A stretch of 63,333 bases of DNA, counting the filler, from Choristocarpus tenellus KU-1152 (Eukaryota; Protista; Phaeophyceae): NCBI GenBank assembly GCA_964200185.2. It is 13 parts of 13 records of this genome, joined end to end, with 100 filler letters (N's around TTAATTAATTAA, not from the genome) between each part and the next. Parts side by side here need not be neighbours in the genome. Positions count along the whole stretch, not along the records: positions 37,198 to 45,188 come from CAXNAD020005295.1; positions 45,289 to 53,321 come from CAXNAD020005248.1; 11 more parts are not named here. One strand, given 5' to 3'. Shown here piece after piece: positions 38,064 through 49,800 of the stretch. Position 1 is the first letter of the stretch. Each line of letters starts with the position of its first letter. The translations under genes and the position numbers were made by a program. The notes under the pieces were generated by a model, which did not search any database, was not told where the DNA came from, and saw nothing but the letters and a program-made list of their open reading frames with translations.

Positions 38064-40017
38064 CCTAACCATAACTTTGCAGTAGAGTAATGCTGGCATT
38101 TACGGGGTAACAAAATCAACGAAGGTTAGGTGATGCAGGGGAAAATGCATGCTCCTATTGGCTTGATGCAACCCAAACGCAAACCCCGCTAGGAGAGAGT
38201 GGGGACTAATGAGTCAGTCTTCTTACCTCAAGATCAATGAAGCCGTTTGTAGTGCAAGGGGAGGTGGTCACCCATCACTGGGAGTGGTATTCATTGATGT
38301 ATCCATGCATGCAAGCGGGAGGGGTCCTCACACATAGAAAAAGGTCTGCTAGATACTCATCTGACAGGCAGAGGACTTTGTCGGAGGAAGGCCTTAACTT
38401 GTGCCACTTACTCTACACCGTCTCTTCCTTATGGACCTCAGTATCCGAGAACTGCTGGAGTTGCAATATCGGTGGCGGAGAGGCCTTGTTCATGTGGAGT
38501 ACTTAGAACACAAACAACAGATCTAAACCCAACATATTTCACCCCATCTCTATTAATTAGGTGCTTTGGAGAGGGAAAATAAGGCTATGCAGTAGTACCA
38601 GACTTTGGATCCACAATCACAAGCAAGTTCTGGGAAGATTGTTGTGGTTGTCACAGAAAGGAAGAATAAAAAATAAGTGATGTACTACCTCAGAATGGAG
38701 CTCTGTAAAGTCAAATGCTGTAACGGATTTTACATTGCTGAAGGCAAGATGAACTGCCTCTACAAATCTCAGAATTGTGCGTTCAAGTGAGACTTCTTTT
38801 TTTTTTAACCATCTTTTTTTTCACAGTGACGAGCATCTTTCTGTTCATCCATCCTTGGCACACACCTCTGTGCCTTTTCCTTACACTCTATTCATTGCAT
38901 GCTTCCCAAACACTTCTCTGTGTCCCTGCCAAGGTTGACTCTAGGAAACCAAACCATGGCTCAACAAAATTTCCGAAGGCCCCTCGGATGTCTAAACCTG
39001 TGTCTCTGGAAGATATGGTAAGGGTGATCCCTTCAAAGGAACATGCTGCACACCAACATATGCATGCATGCCTGCTCACTCTTGATGCATTTTCCTCCCT
39101 GAGCTTGACTGTGACTTTTGCATCATATGTGAAAAAACTTTAAAACAAAAAAATCAAGCTAAAGATCTTACTAAATTGGCATCAATGATCATACTCTCAA
39201 CGCGTATGTTATTAGAAGAGGTGCAATTTGTTGTGCAATTGGAAGAGAATGAGCCGATCCATAGAGTCGAGGTCAGTACCACCAAACAATCTTGAGGTCA
39301 GTATTGTAGAGGGTACGAGGCGTTGTCCATATTTATGAAGATACTGTGCAGTTACGGAACATGCACGACAACACCCACGAATCGCACCAAGCGTGAACTT
39401 GGTGGACCAAGAGTCTTACCAGATCTTCGCAAAGAATTCTCCCCACAAATTAGTTACAAATGTTTATTTGTACCCTGTAGCCATAGATTCGGTCAGTTTG
39501 GAAATCGTTATGATCAAGGGTACATCACTTGAGCTCTAAGCCATGCCACGTTTCTTGTTGAGTTTGTCGAAGAATATGCCACCATAAGCTGATTTCGATG
39601 CATATGGTGGCCAACCACTATAGATGGTGATCATTCAAGTGTTGCTTTTTGATCCATATTGGTCACTAGCAAACATACCTTGCCACTGTTTGTAACTGAC
39701 ATTGGAACTTCATCCTCCACCAATCATAGCGTACCACCACCTCTTACCTTATGCACACCATGATAAGTAGGTGGCGAGGGCGTTTTGGACCGTACTCCAG
39801 CAGGATTCCACCCAATGTACTAATAAAATACCTACAAAGTTCTTACACAGTAACCTGATGCACAAGAGAGCAGCGTATGTGGTACCTGTGACAGTTTGGA
39901 TGTCGGTTTGATCTTGGGAGGACAAACAATGAGCTATAAGCACATGATGTGGTTTTTTAGTAAGCTCTGAGGTGGACAAATTAACCCTGAAGATGAGATT
40001 CTGGTATGGGTACCTAC

Positions 40018-40291
40018 CAGCAGTGCAGTAGAGAGAGATATTACAAGATAGAGTGCTCCTACTGCAGCTGCCCCATGCAGAGGTTGCGGCTTTGTCCATG
40101 TCTGTGAGAGAGGTGAACACTATTTAAGATTTTTTTGCTTACATAATGCAGACTATTTAGGATGTCTTCCACTCAATGTACAGGGTGAAAGTGAACCTCA
40201 GTAGGTTATTCCCGCCCATGGTAATGAAACCTTTCCCAGCATGCACACCGACCTTGTCGAGTTGTCTTGTCTGAACCAGAAGCACCCCAAG
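40018..40291 (-). CDS. Two putative small exons (40253-40291, 40018-40101) of an unknown, possibly membrane protein
   Basis: CAG acceptors and GT donors, lengths 39 and 84 nt. Joined peptide LGVLLVQTRQLDKTWTKPQPLHGAAAVGALYLVISLSTALL has a hydrophobic tail. Confidence 0.35.
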
Positions 40292-41083
40292 CTGTAGTGC
40301 ACACTTGAAGACAGATATTGATTGCAATCTATTAAATGTGTAGGTTAGAAAGATCAGTTTTCATCAAGAACAAGAAATAGGTGAGCTGCTGTTGGCAATG
40401 GAGTACTTGGTGTTGTAAAAAAACAACAACATTTTTTTCTGCAATTTTTGAGTCTTTCAGGGGATCTAGGAACTAAATCCGTCAAGCACTCATTTTAATC
40501 CATATTTTGTACGAAGTGATTGTACGTCTTCTCCATTAAAAACAGACCGTTTTGGTGGATGATCGACAGGGTTGGTAAGGTCTTTGGCAATCTCCGTTCT
40601 GTACCTTCACCGTGCCTGTTTGGGGCCTCTGCTTCTTTCTCCGCCTTGTTGTCCTAGAAAAGCAAGAGATGGACAGAGATGAGTGCTATTAACTGATAGG
40701 TACCGGAGTAAAACATTACACCTTTTCAGAAAAAACAACCTATGGCCTCCTGTTCTCCCCCGACGTTATCCCCTCCGCCTTCTCCATCTTGTCACAAACT
40801 AAGATGAGAAATACAGTAATATATATATGGAGTTAAGTGTGTGTTTTTCTTAGAATGAAAATCGATCATGATAATTGATAATGATAATATGTAAGGCAAA
40901 GGAGTACAAAAAAACACTTACAATAGCAGGGTATAAACTTAATTCAAAGTATGTACTCTGAGTATGTATGTATATGTGTGTAGGTAGGTAGGTAGATGAG
41001 GTATGTGCGTTATGCACTACATGTACTGTATGCAATATGAACGTACTGTATGCAATATGAACTGTATGTAATATAAATGTGTG

Positions 41084-41560
41084 TCACAGATGGAGCCTGT
41101 CAACAGGATACATTTCTTCATCTCCCATTTGAAACTGTAAATGAAACTCCCTGCAACAAACCTTAACCAACCTCTTCTTAACCTCGCCAGTTACAATCTT
41201 CCCTCTTCGCACCGACTGTACTGCACCCAACTGGACTGCTACCCATGCACCCCTTACTAACCTCCAGTTCACCGCCCCCTTTTCTACCCCTCTCCCCTCC
41301 TCCTTTGCTGGACACATTAATACATTATTATCTCTGCCTGGGCACTTATCACATGCAACAACATAACACAGCCTCCAGGCCCTGGAAATTATCAACTACC
41401 ACCAGGCATCAGTGGAAGGAGCTCTGGTTCACCGTACAGAGCTGCTCCAGCAGTCACTCTCAGTGGGCGAGAAAAATTTGGCTCTCCATTTGGCTGGTGA
41501 ATGTTTGGTGGGACTAGGCAACCCTAAATCGATGCAGGTCATCGGGGGAGGGAGGGTGGT
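41084..41560 (-). mobile_element. LINE 3' fragment (degenerate C-terminal Cys motif), followed by a simple-repeat tail
   Basis: ACDKCPGRDNNVLMCP in ORF 41084-41395; CATA/CCTA repeats downstream on the minus strand. Confidence 0.35.
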
Positions 41561-41755
41561 GGTATATTGAGAGATAAGCAAAAACGTTTAGCAGTACTTG
41601 ACAGTCGGGGTTTCAACACCTCTTGTTTGCGTGAATGAAGTGGTATGAATAGTAATAGTCACATTTTTTTTTCGTTTTGTGTTCCATTTTAGCTCGATTG
41701 ACAGCTCGATTGTTGTTCGATTGTGAGTTGAGGTGTGTAGGTGCCTTGCCTGCTG

Positions 41756-42088
41756 CCGTGATAGCACGTTCAAGTACCGTGATAGCACATCCAAAAGTAC
41801 CGTGATAGCACGTCCAAGCACCGTGATAGCACGTCCAAAAGTACCGTGATAGCACATCCAAAAGTACCGTGATAGCACGTCCAAAAGTACCGTGATAGCA
41901 CGTCCAAAAGTACCGTGATAACACATTCAAAAGTACCGTGATAGCATGTCCAAGTACCGTGATAGCACATCCAAAAGTACCATGATAGCACGTCCAAGTA
42001 CCGTGATAGCACATCCAAAAGTACCGTGATAGCACGTCCAAGTACCGTGATAGCACATCCAAAAGTACCGTGATAGCACGTCCAAGTA
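41756..42088. repeat. Minisatellite, 15 units of CCGTGATAGCAC(G/A)TCCAA(AA)GTA (21 or 23 bp), inside a possible TIR element 41592-42129
   Basis: Units parsed individually; flanking CAGTACTTGACA / TGTAAGTACTG are near-inverted. Confidence 0.95.
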
Positions 42089-43831
42089 TCGTGCATCCAA
42101 GTACCAGAGTATGTACTATGTAAGTACTGTACGTATGTGGTCAGGGGTATGCTGTTGACAAACAAGGGATGCATCTGTACATACTTTTGCAAGCAGCAAT
42201 AATAATAATACTAATACTACTAATAATAATAATAATAATTGTGCACGGTGCACCCATTTCCATTTTTTTTTTCATGTGCTACTCCAGGCCAAACACCCTT
42301 TTGTTTCCTCTCTACATTGTATACTTCAAAAACATCCTTCAATAGAACAAAGAGTGGGGCGAGAAGCGGATTCAGTCCACCGGAGGAGCTCTGCCCATAA
42401 AATGAATGTTCTCAATCGCCACTACTTGCTTCATACACTAGACACACAAGACACACATTTAGACATCACCATGAGTTGATTGGCCTACTTCATTCATCCT
42501 TCCTAAAAAAAATGGGCATGATTGGGGTGACAACGATACGGCAAGGGGGATCTACCCTGAGTTGCCTCCCACAAAAACCAAAAGCAAGTACCATAGGTCG
42601 AGGATGGAAAGCCCTTGCTTTGATATCAAACACCCTGACAAATGCTAGGTTTGCTTGCACCAAACTTCAAGGATCTGTGAGTAGAGCTTCCATTTGCTAT
42701 CTTACTGGACTGCACCTCCTTTAGTCCTGGCATTGAGACAAAAAAACACGTCTGATCATTGTTCTACAACAATTAGGTAGGTATGATGGGCAAAAAAAAA
42801 AAAATGCACTTCCACCCTGCCACATAAGTAGCAGTAGGAGGCAATCACTGCAGTGTTAACATCCACTTGGCATGAAAGAATACCAACATTGCACCTAAGT
42901 GAAATTGTCTTCGATTGTTGAAGGGGCATGGCTGTGACTTCTCCCTCCCTTTATAGCGTTATATATTATGTGAGCACAAGAGTGATGCATCCAATCGATT
43001 GTTATGCTTCTTCTGCCCTATCATCATCAATACATTGAAAAAACAGCACAACGCACACACACACACACACACATGGAAGAAAAGGAAAAAAACAACCTCT
43101 GGCACAAGGCAGGACACACGTCTATCTCGTATTAATGATGCCCTGGGTCGCACAATGAACAACCATTAATGATGCCCCTTGAGCTTTGCACCTAAGAAAA
43201 CAACCTAAACTTTTCAGAACAAGACAAAAAAGAAGTAACATTGAGGCGGCAGGAGACAATGTACAGACAGCAACATTTACACCAATGAGATGACTGACAC
43301 ATTGTATTCCACCAATACGATGAATTTGCCCTGCAATGGATCATCCCCTACTGCCTAAATCTTGACTATTTCCTTTGGCTCTACAGGGCTAGAGTTATTT
43401 GAACTTGGATTCATACCATGGCTATAACCCCATCAACATGATGTATGGAGAACTAGAATCCACACTTGAGCCCTTCAATGCACAACCTCAGGGCCCCTTC
43501 CTGTTGCCCCTCTCCCCCCTTCCTCCTGGCCTCTCCAAGATAAGTCAAAGAAATAAGTCAAAGAGATAAGTCACTTGAGACAAGTCCTATCGGCACTCAG
43601 TTGTCAACAGGTCAGTAGGTGAGGGAGAGGGGATGTGGGTCATAACCAAACACCTCTCTTGAATCCTTGCCTTGTGATCGACATACACATCCCAGAATAC
43701 TGAAAGTAAGCAATAGGGGCACCCCTTCCAATCACACAAACACAACGCTCACTGGTCACCTTGTCGAAATCTCCTAGATGAGTAGTACGATAAAAGCGAA
43801 TACCTCAGAGATACAGTGTTCTATTCCGTGT

Positions 43832-43867
<36 letters not shown>

Positions 43868-45704
43868 GATGAGTGAAGTCAAAAAGGGAGGAGAGGAACA
43901 GCATCATTGCAGTTGTCTATTCTTGTGATACCCCACCTAAAACCCAACACTTGCATGAAGGCAGCATCAGAAAGAGAAACAATCAACTAGCAGGACAGAG
44001 AAAAAAATGTGTATATATATATATATCAAAGGTAAAAAAAAAAGAAGGAAAGATCAGGGGAAGCTGAACCATGGTGTACGACCCCTTTGGCAAGGAGGGT
44101 ATAGTCAAAACAATCTCTATTTAAATGGGGAGGGGGGAAGGGACCAAACAGGGGTACAGGCACAGTGGCACACTTTGAAAAACCTTGAAATGCTTGCTGC
44201 CTGCTAGACCCCCTCCGTCAGCCAACGAGGAGCGCTGGAGAGTCAGTGGGGGCAACTACAGGCAACTACAGGCCCAACACTGAACACAAAACAGTCTACC
44301 TACGGCTACTGCAGGTTCTTCCCCCTGCCGCCCACAGCAATGGAAGCCCGAGCAAGAGCCAAGGGAAAGGAAAAAAGTGAAAAATAGGACCACACCTAGA
44401 CACTGGGAACACAGACCCAACCCAACCAAAGACAATTAAAGGTACAGCAATGGAGATGGTTTGAAATAGTGCAAGAGTGTATCCAGAGGTGGTGCTGTGG
44501 TGAAGCAACAGGAACCACTGTAAAAACAGACATTCACCACAAGCAGCCTAAGCATGGCCCACAAATGACGCACAACACAGGCAGATAGGTGCATCAAACA
44601 TCAGTTATCACACTGCGACTTCCTCTGACCTCGGTCAAAGTCCCTGCCTGGCATGTCCCAGCGATACCCACTGGCGAATCTCTTGAACCCTTCAAGCACA
44701 AATATCACAGTAATGTCATCCATACCACTACTTCCCCCTCAAAAAAGACTTGGCACACACCCCAGGCAAAACTCTCCACTCAGTTCCCCGCCCCCAAAAA
44801 CACAAACGCCTGCACACAACACAGATCACCACTGCCCTCTACCTCCACCTATCAGACCTCACACTAACACATCACTTGCAGCTGTTCCCTAGTGAAGAGT
44901 CTCATCAGTCAAGCAGGGCTCATGGCCTGAAGGTTAAGTCACACACAGCTGTTGCAAGTGGGAGGTCCCATGCAGCAGAGAATGGGTAAGTGTCGATACT
45001 CAAGATTACCCAGGTGTCCTTCCACTTCACACCTCACAGTACAGGGCAGCCACAAGGGCATAATTACCATTACCATCTCCACTACATTCACTAATTGTTC
45101 CTCTACTCCCCCCCCCCCCCACGCCCCCCCTTTTGTTATGAACCCCCTTTAACGCTCGGCAGCGCACACGTCTGAAACTAATACCCCCNNNNNNNNNNNN
45201 NNNNNNNNNNNNNNNNNNNNNNNNNNNNNNNNTTAATTAATTAANNNNNNNNNNNNNNNNNNNNNNNNNNNNNNNNNNNNNNNNNNNNTACACCAAAAAA
45301 GTGAAAATCGAAAAAAGGGTGAAAAACGGACGCTGGCACCCCCCCCCAGATACTTTGACCCTTCTCTCGATTGCTAGAAGTTGACCAACCGACACCCATC
45401 AAATAAGGTTAACCATGCTGATGCGATTACAACAATTTAATTTTAACGGAAAACTCGTTGTTGATCAAATGTTATGGCACGACAAAGTTGATACAGGACA
45501 CGACAAAACTGCCAACACTGTACTAACCGTTATATCAACAAATAATCTGGATTTATATAATCATTTCTCAACATCGAGTACGAGTCAAATCGTGACTGAT
45601 GTGTAAATATAGAGAGTGAACGCACATTTGCAGTGCATAGGGAACTCCCTCTCCTTCAGGAGTCACCACTGCTGTTTTTCTTATTGTTCACTTTTCCACA
45701 TACA

Positions 45705-45950
45705 TCTTCGAAACCCTAACCCTAACCCTAACTTATGTGTGAAAAATATCCCTCACTACTCAGGAAACTTTTTTGAGACAAGTTCACAATATACTCCTAG
45801 GGTGTAATGTGTACTGGGGAACCATCACCAGACAATGATCTAGCGCTACTATTGTTGTCATCTCTTTTACAATTTTTCAAATACATTTTCGAAACCCTAA
45901 CCCTAACCCATCTCTAACCATACCCTACACATAAAAAATAACCCTAACCT
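45705..45950. repeat. Interstitial telomere-like (CCCTAA)n tracts in two ~180-bp spaced blocks
   Basis: TACAT(C/T)TTCGAAACCCTAACCCTAACCC at ~45701 and ~45882. Confidence 0.75.
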
Positions 45951-46526
45951 TCGGTGTTTTGAAATGATTGATTGGAGTTACAGAATTAGAGTATTCCCAA
46001 ATCAGTTTTTACATAACACTTCATGTAACATGTCTATAGAGACAAACCACCATATCCTGTCCTCAATTTTCACTTGATTAAGGGGTGTCAAGACTTCTAT
46101 GCTGTGGGAGGGTCGTCTAGTTGACGACAATAGAATAAAAAAATTGCAAGTGCTTACGGCAATACTGCTGTTCAAGAACATCTACATTGTTTCATCCTTC
46201 GCAACTTGCTGCTTAAACTCAACGAGTGGGTTGGCGTTTGCCTCTTGCTCTTGCTTGGAAGATGATACTCAGCAGGTCGATCAGCGCGTGCTGAGTGGAG
46301 GACGTATGCTATACCACTGGGTTTTGGACTCGGACAACCTTGACCTTGCATCTAGAAAACCAAGAGGAAACGTGACTTTCGAGGTTAAGGATGAAGCAAC
46401 GCATATCGAGGGCGGCACCTAAGGGAGCCAAGCATTTGTTCCATTCCAATGGTTTTAAAAAGAACAATGCAGCAGAATCTTTGATGTTAGAAAGATGGAT
46501 TTCTGATTGAATGTGTGTCCACATAT

Positions 46527-46704
46527 TGATCAAAGTATCTAGGGGGGGATGTCGGCTGTCCATTCGGGGCCTATTTTTCCATGTCGCGATTATTGTGTGA
46601 TTTGGTTGCATGCGTTGGATGGATAATGTAAGTGCACCTCTCTTGGTCAGGATCCGAATGGACACCCTGGTGTAGACTCCCCCCCTCCCTAGATAGTTTG
46701 AGCC
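46527..46704. mobile_element. MITE family B copy; TSD TAT
   Basis: TIRs plus family B interior in reverse orientation. Confidence 0.88.
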
Positions 46705-46809
46705 TATCTCCTGTGGAATATGTTTTTCCTTGGTATATGGGGTGTCAATAAAAGCGTGCGTTACTGCCCCATATTCTCAGGCGGATTATTCGATGTAATT
46801 GTTCAATGT

Positions 46810-49800
46810 TAGGTGTCTCCATGCAATGGAAGCGTAAGCTTGGATGTCATGTCAGCAAGTCCGTCATCGTGGCCATACTTGACTTCGTATAACTCGAGTA
46901 GCGAATACGGCTCCGTCACCGTTACCCTACCAGTGAAGGTAAGGAAAGTTCCCTACATGCGATTTTCGCTTCCTCTGAAACCGCTGGCAATGATTTACTA
47001 CACATTATTTGGTTCGTATTGACATCGGCGTTGTAAATTACGTAGCACCCCCGAGTACTTTTATTCAATGGATGGTACAATCCATTGTAAGGAGTGAAGG
47101 GAAAGACGAGAAAAACAGCCCGGGGTACAAGCGTGAGCATTACGTGACCAATGAAGCACTACTGGACAGCACATTTCGACTTACTCTCTGACATGTTACT
47201 TGACAATAATCCCTTAAAAATACGTTCCAAAACTTAGAGTGGACATTGGCGACAAGTAGTATCGCAGCAGTAGAAGAGCATGACTTGTCCGAATATCTTA
47301 GTATATGCTGCTCATATATACAACGACAACTCGAGGAACTATGTTCTTCCTCGACAGTACTCATCCCGTCCTGACCTACGTTCGCCCTTGATGCACCTTT
47401 GATAGTATGGAGAGCATGCAGCTATTGTAAGTGCTCACCCAAATGTGACCTATACTGTGGGGGTGCACACAACCCTTCTACAACACCCATCCCCTGGCAA
47501 TAACGGTCACTTGTCCGCTACCATGACTGTTGCTGGGATAGCTGAAGTAACAATGGACACAACAGATATGGCGAGTATATCTATCTCAAGAGGAGTTTCT
47601 GTGTAAGGGAAGTCACAGATCAATAAGTAAGTCGGTGAATCTAGTTGTTTTGATTTAATCCCATTGCATGTATGTATACAACTCTCTCACGACTTTCAAA
47701 TAATCTGGATTATTTGACAGTAATCACAAACAGTCAATATATTCACAGGCCTTGGCAGAGAATGTAGCTTACCGGCTCTATTGGAGCACCCTCCCGATAT
47801 GGGAGGGTGATGTGGAACCACAGAGGTGTGTTATGCTGCCAAATGGAAATTTGCTGATGGACAACCCGAAGTGCATATTCTGGACTGCTTGTGGGGCTGA
47901 GTTAGCAGCAGAGACAAGAAGTGAATGGGAAGTGCTTCCCCCAAATCAGCGGCATAAGTTCGAGGTAAGACCAACATTCTTGCATGTATTAACACTTGAA
48001 GTACAACCTTGATGTGGTTGTAGGACTGAGCACACATGGGAGGAGTTGAGGGCAGGAGAGGTATTGCATGGTTGCGGTGGGTAGAATACAACCATAGATT
48101 TGGTCAGGCAGGGAGATCTTTCCCACTGTCAATACTCTATGTTGTTGCGCTCAGGATGACTCCTTGCATACACCTACATCTCACACTGATTTGTATATGC
48201 ATGCCAAAAGTAGTGTTTACGGAGTTGTCTTAGTTAGAACAGTTCATCTTCGCTTCTCATTGTAGGCTACAATGAAAACCTGCCTTCCCCTGACCCAACC
48301 TAGTAACCAAAAACTTGAGTTCCTTCTGGGGTATGCAGGTTCCTGTGGACAACGACATGACATACCTGTTCAATGTTGCAATGCGGGATGGAAACAATGT
48401 CACATCAATGTATAGTGCTACAAATATGAGCGTCGCTTTCATCACATACCAGAACTGTGTCTCTGATGCCTCTTGTGAATCACAGGCAGGTCGAGTCTGC
48501 ATGATGGCATTGCATGTATCTGGTTGCTGATCTCCTTATATTCCCCGTTCCTATCTTCTCAACCAAAATGCAATAAGAAACCGAATGATATATCATACCC
48601 CCCTTGAAAAACAACCCTCCCACCAAAAGACCCCTTTGAAAGAGAAGATATATCTGTGTCTGAAGGCTCTCTGATGGGGAAAGGAGGCTTAATTGTATGG
48701 TGTTAAATTTGTACAGGAATCTTATGAGCCATTTGCAATAATCTTCCATATCTAACTGGGATGTTCGTGCACCAGACAAGGCGTGCTAGGACAATAAACA
48801 TCTTACTAATTCTTTGTTCGGAGGAGTTGACCCAAATTAAACCAGATATACCCAGGTTTTGACCCTTTTGCATTTCAAGCCAATTTTTCAATCTCTTACA
48901 ATTCTCTCATATTTCTATGGATGAAATTCTAAGTTTAACTTGAGAGTGATTATAATATATTTCTCTGTTTGAAAATTTCGACGCAATTCTGAAAATATCC
49001 AATACACATTTGAAATAAAGTCGAATTTTGCACGTGTTTGTCAGCACCCTGAAAATGCAAATCTGAGTACCTCTTATTTAGTTCAAATCATTTCTAGAAA
49101 CCCTTTATTCTCCCCATTATCGCGTCCGAGCCAAAGTATCTTAGAGGGTAGAGCCGCGTCCGTTTGGGGCCCAAAATCCAATGTTGCTAGTTTGATGTAA
49201 TTTTGGCTATCACGTTTGTTAGGATTTGCCCATATCCCTGTTCTGGACACACGTTTTCATGATACATACATTTTACCTACTCCGAAACATTTTGGAGGAA
49301 GAAAATGTCACAAAACCCCGTGGGAAGCCAAGCCCCAAATGGACAAACAGGGCAAAACTCGTACCCTCTAAGATGCTTTCACTCGATCCTCAATATGGAT
49401 TCGTGCATCTCTTACATTTTTTTATATCCAAAGGCAGATTGAAGTATCCATGTGACTCCCTATTTGAAAGCACTGCTTACTACTATAAAGTAAATTTTTT
49501 AGTCCAATAAAATCTACTGACATACAATATCGATAAATTGGGCAGGCACGCAATCATGTCAAATTTAGAGTATACATTGTAGATCTTTGAGGAAAAACAT
49601 GTTGCTAATGAATATAGCATGCAGAAGACGGCTAAAGGCCTCTTTGACCTAATCTTACCTACCACAAGCCTCCATCAGTAAAACTCCAAGCGCGAGAACT
49701 TTGAAGCACATTGCCTGTCACTTTGTTGGACGATGTCGGTGGAGCTTGTCCTCTTGTAGCAGGGGAGGGTATGCATATATACATACATATATAAATAAAT

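Noticed and set aside
41756-42088. CRISPR array
   Set aside because: Units are directly adjacent with no unique spacers, there are no cas genes, and the context is eukaryotic.
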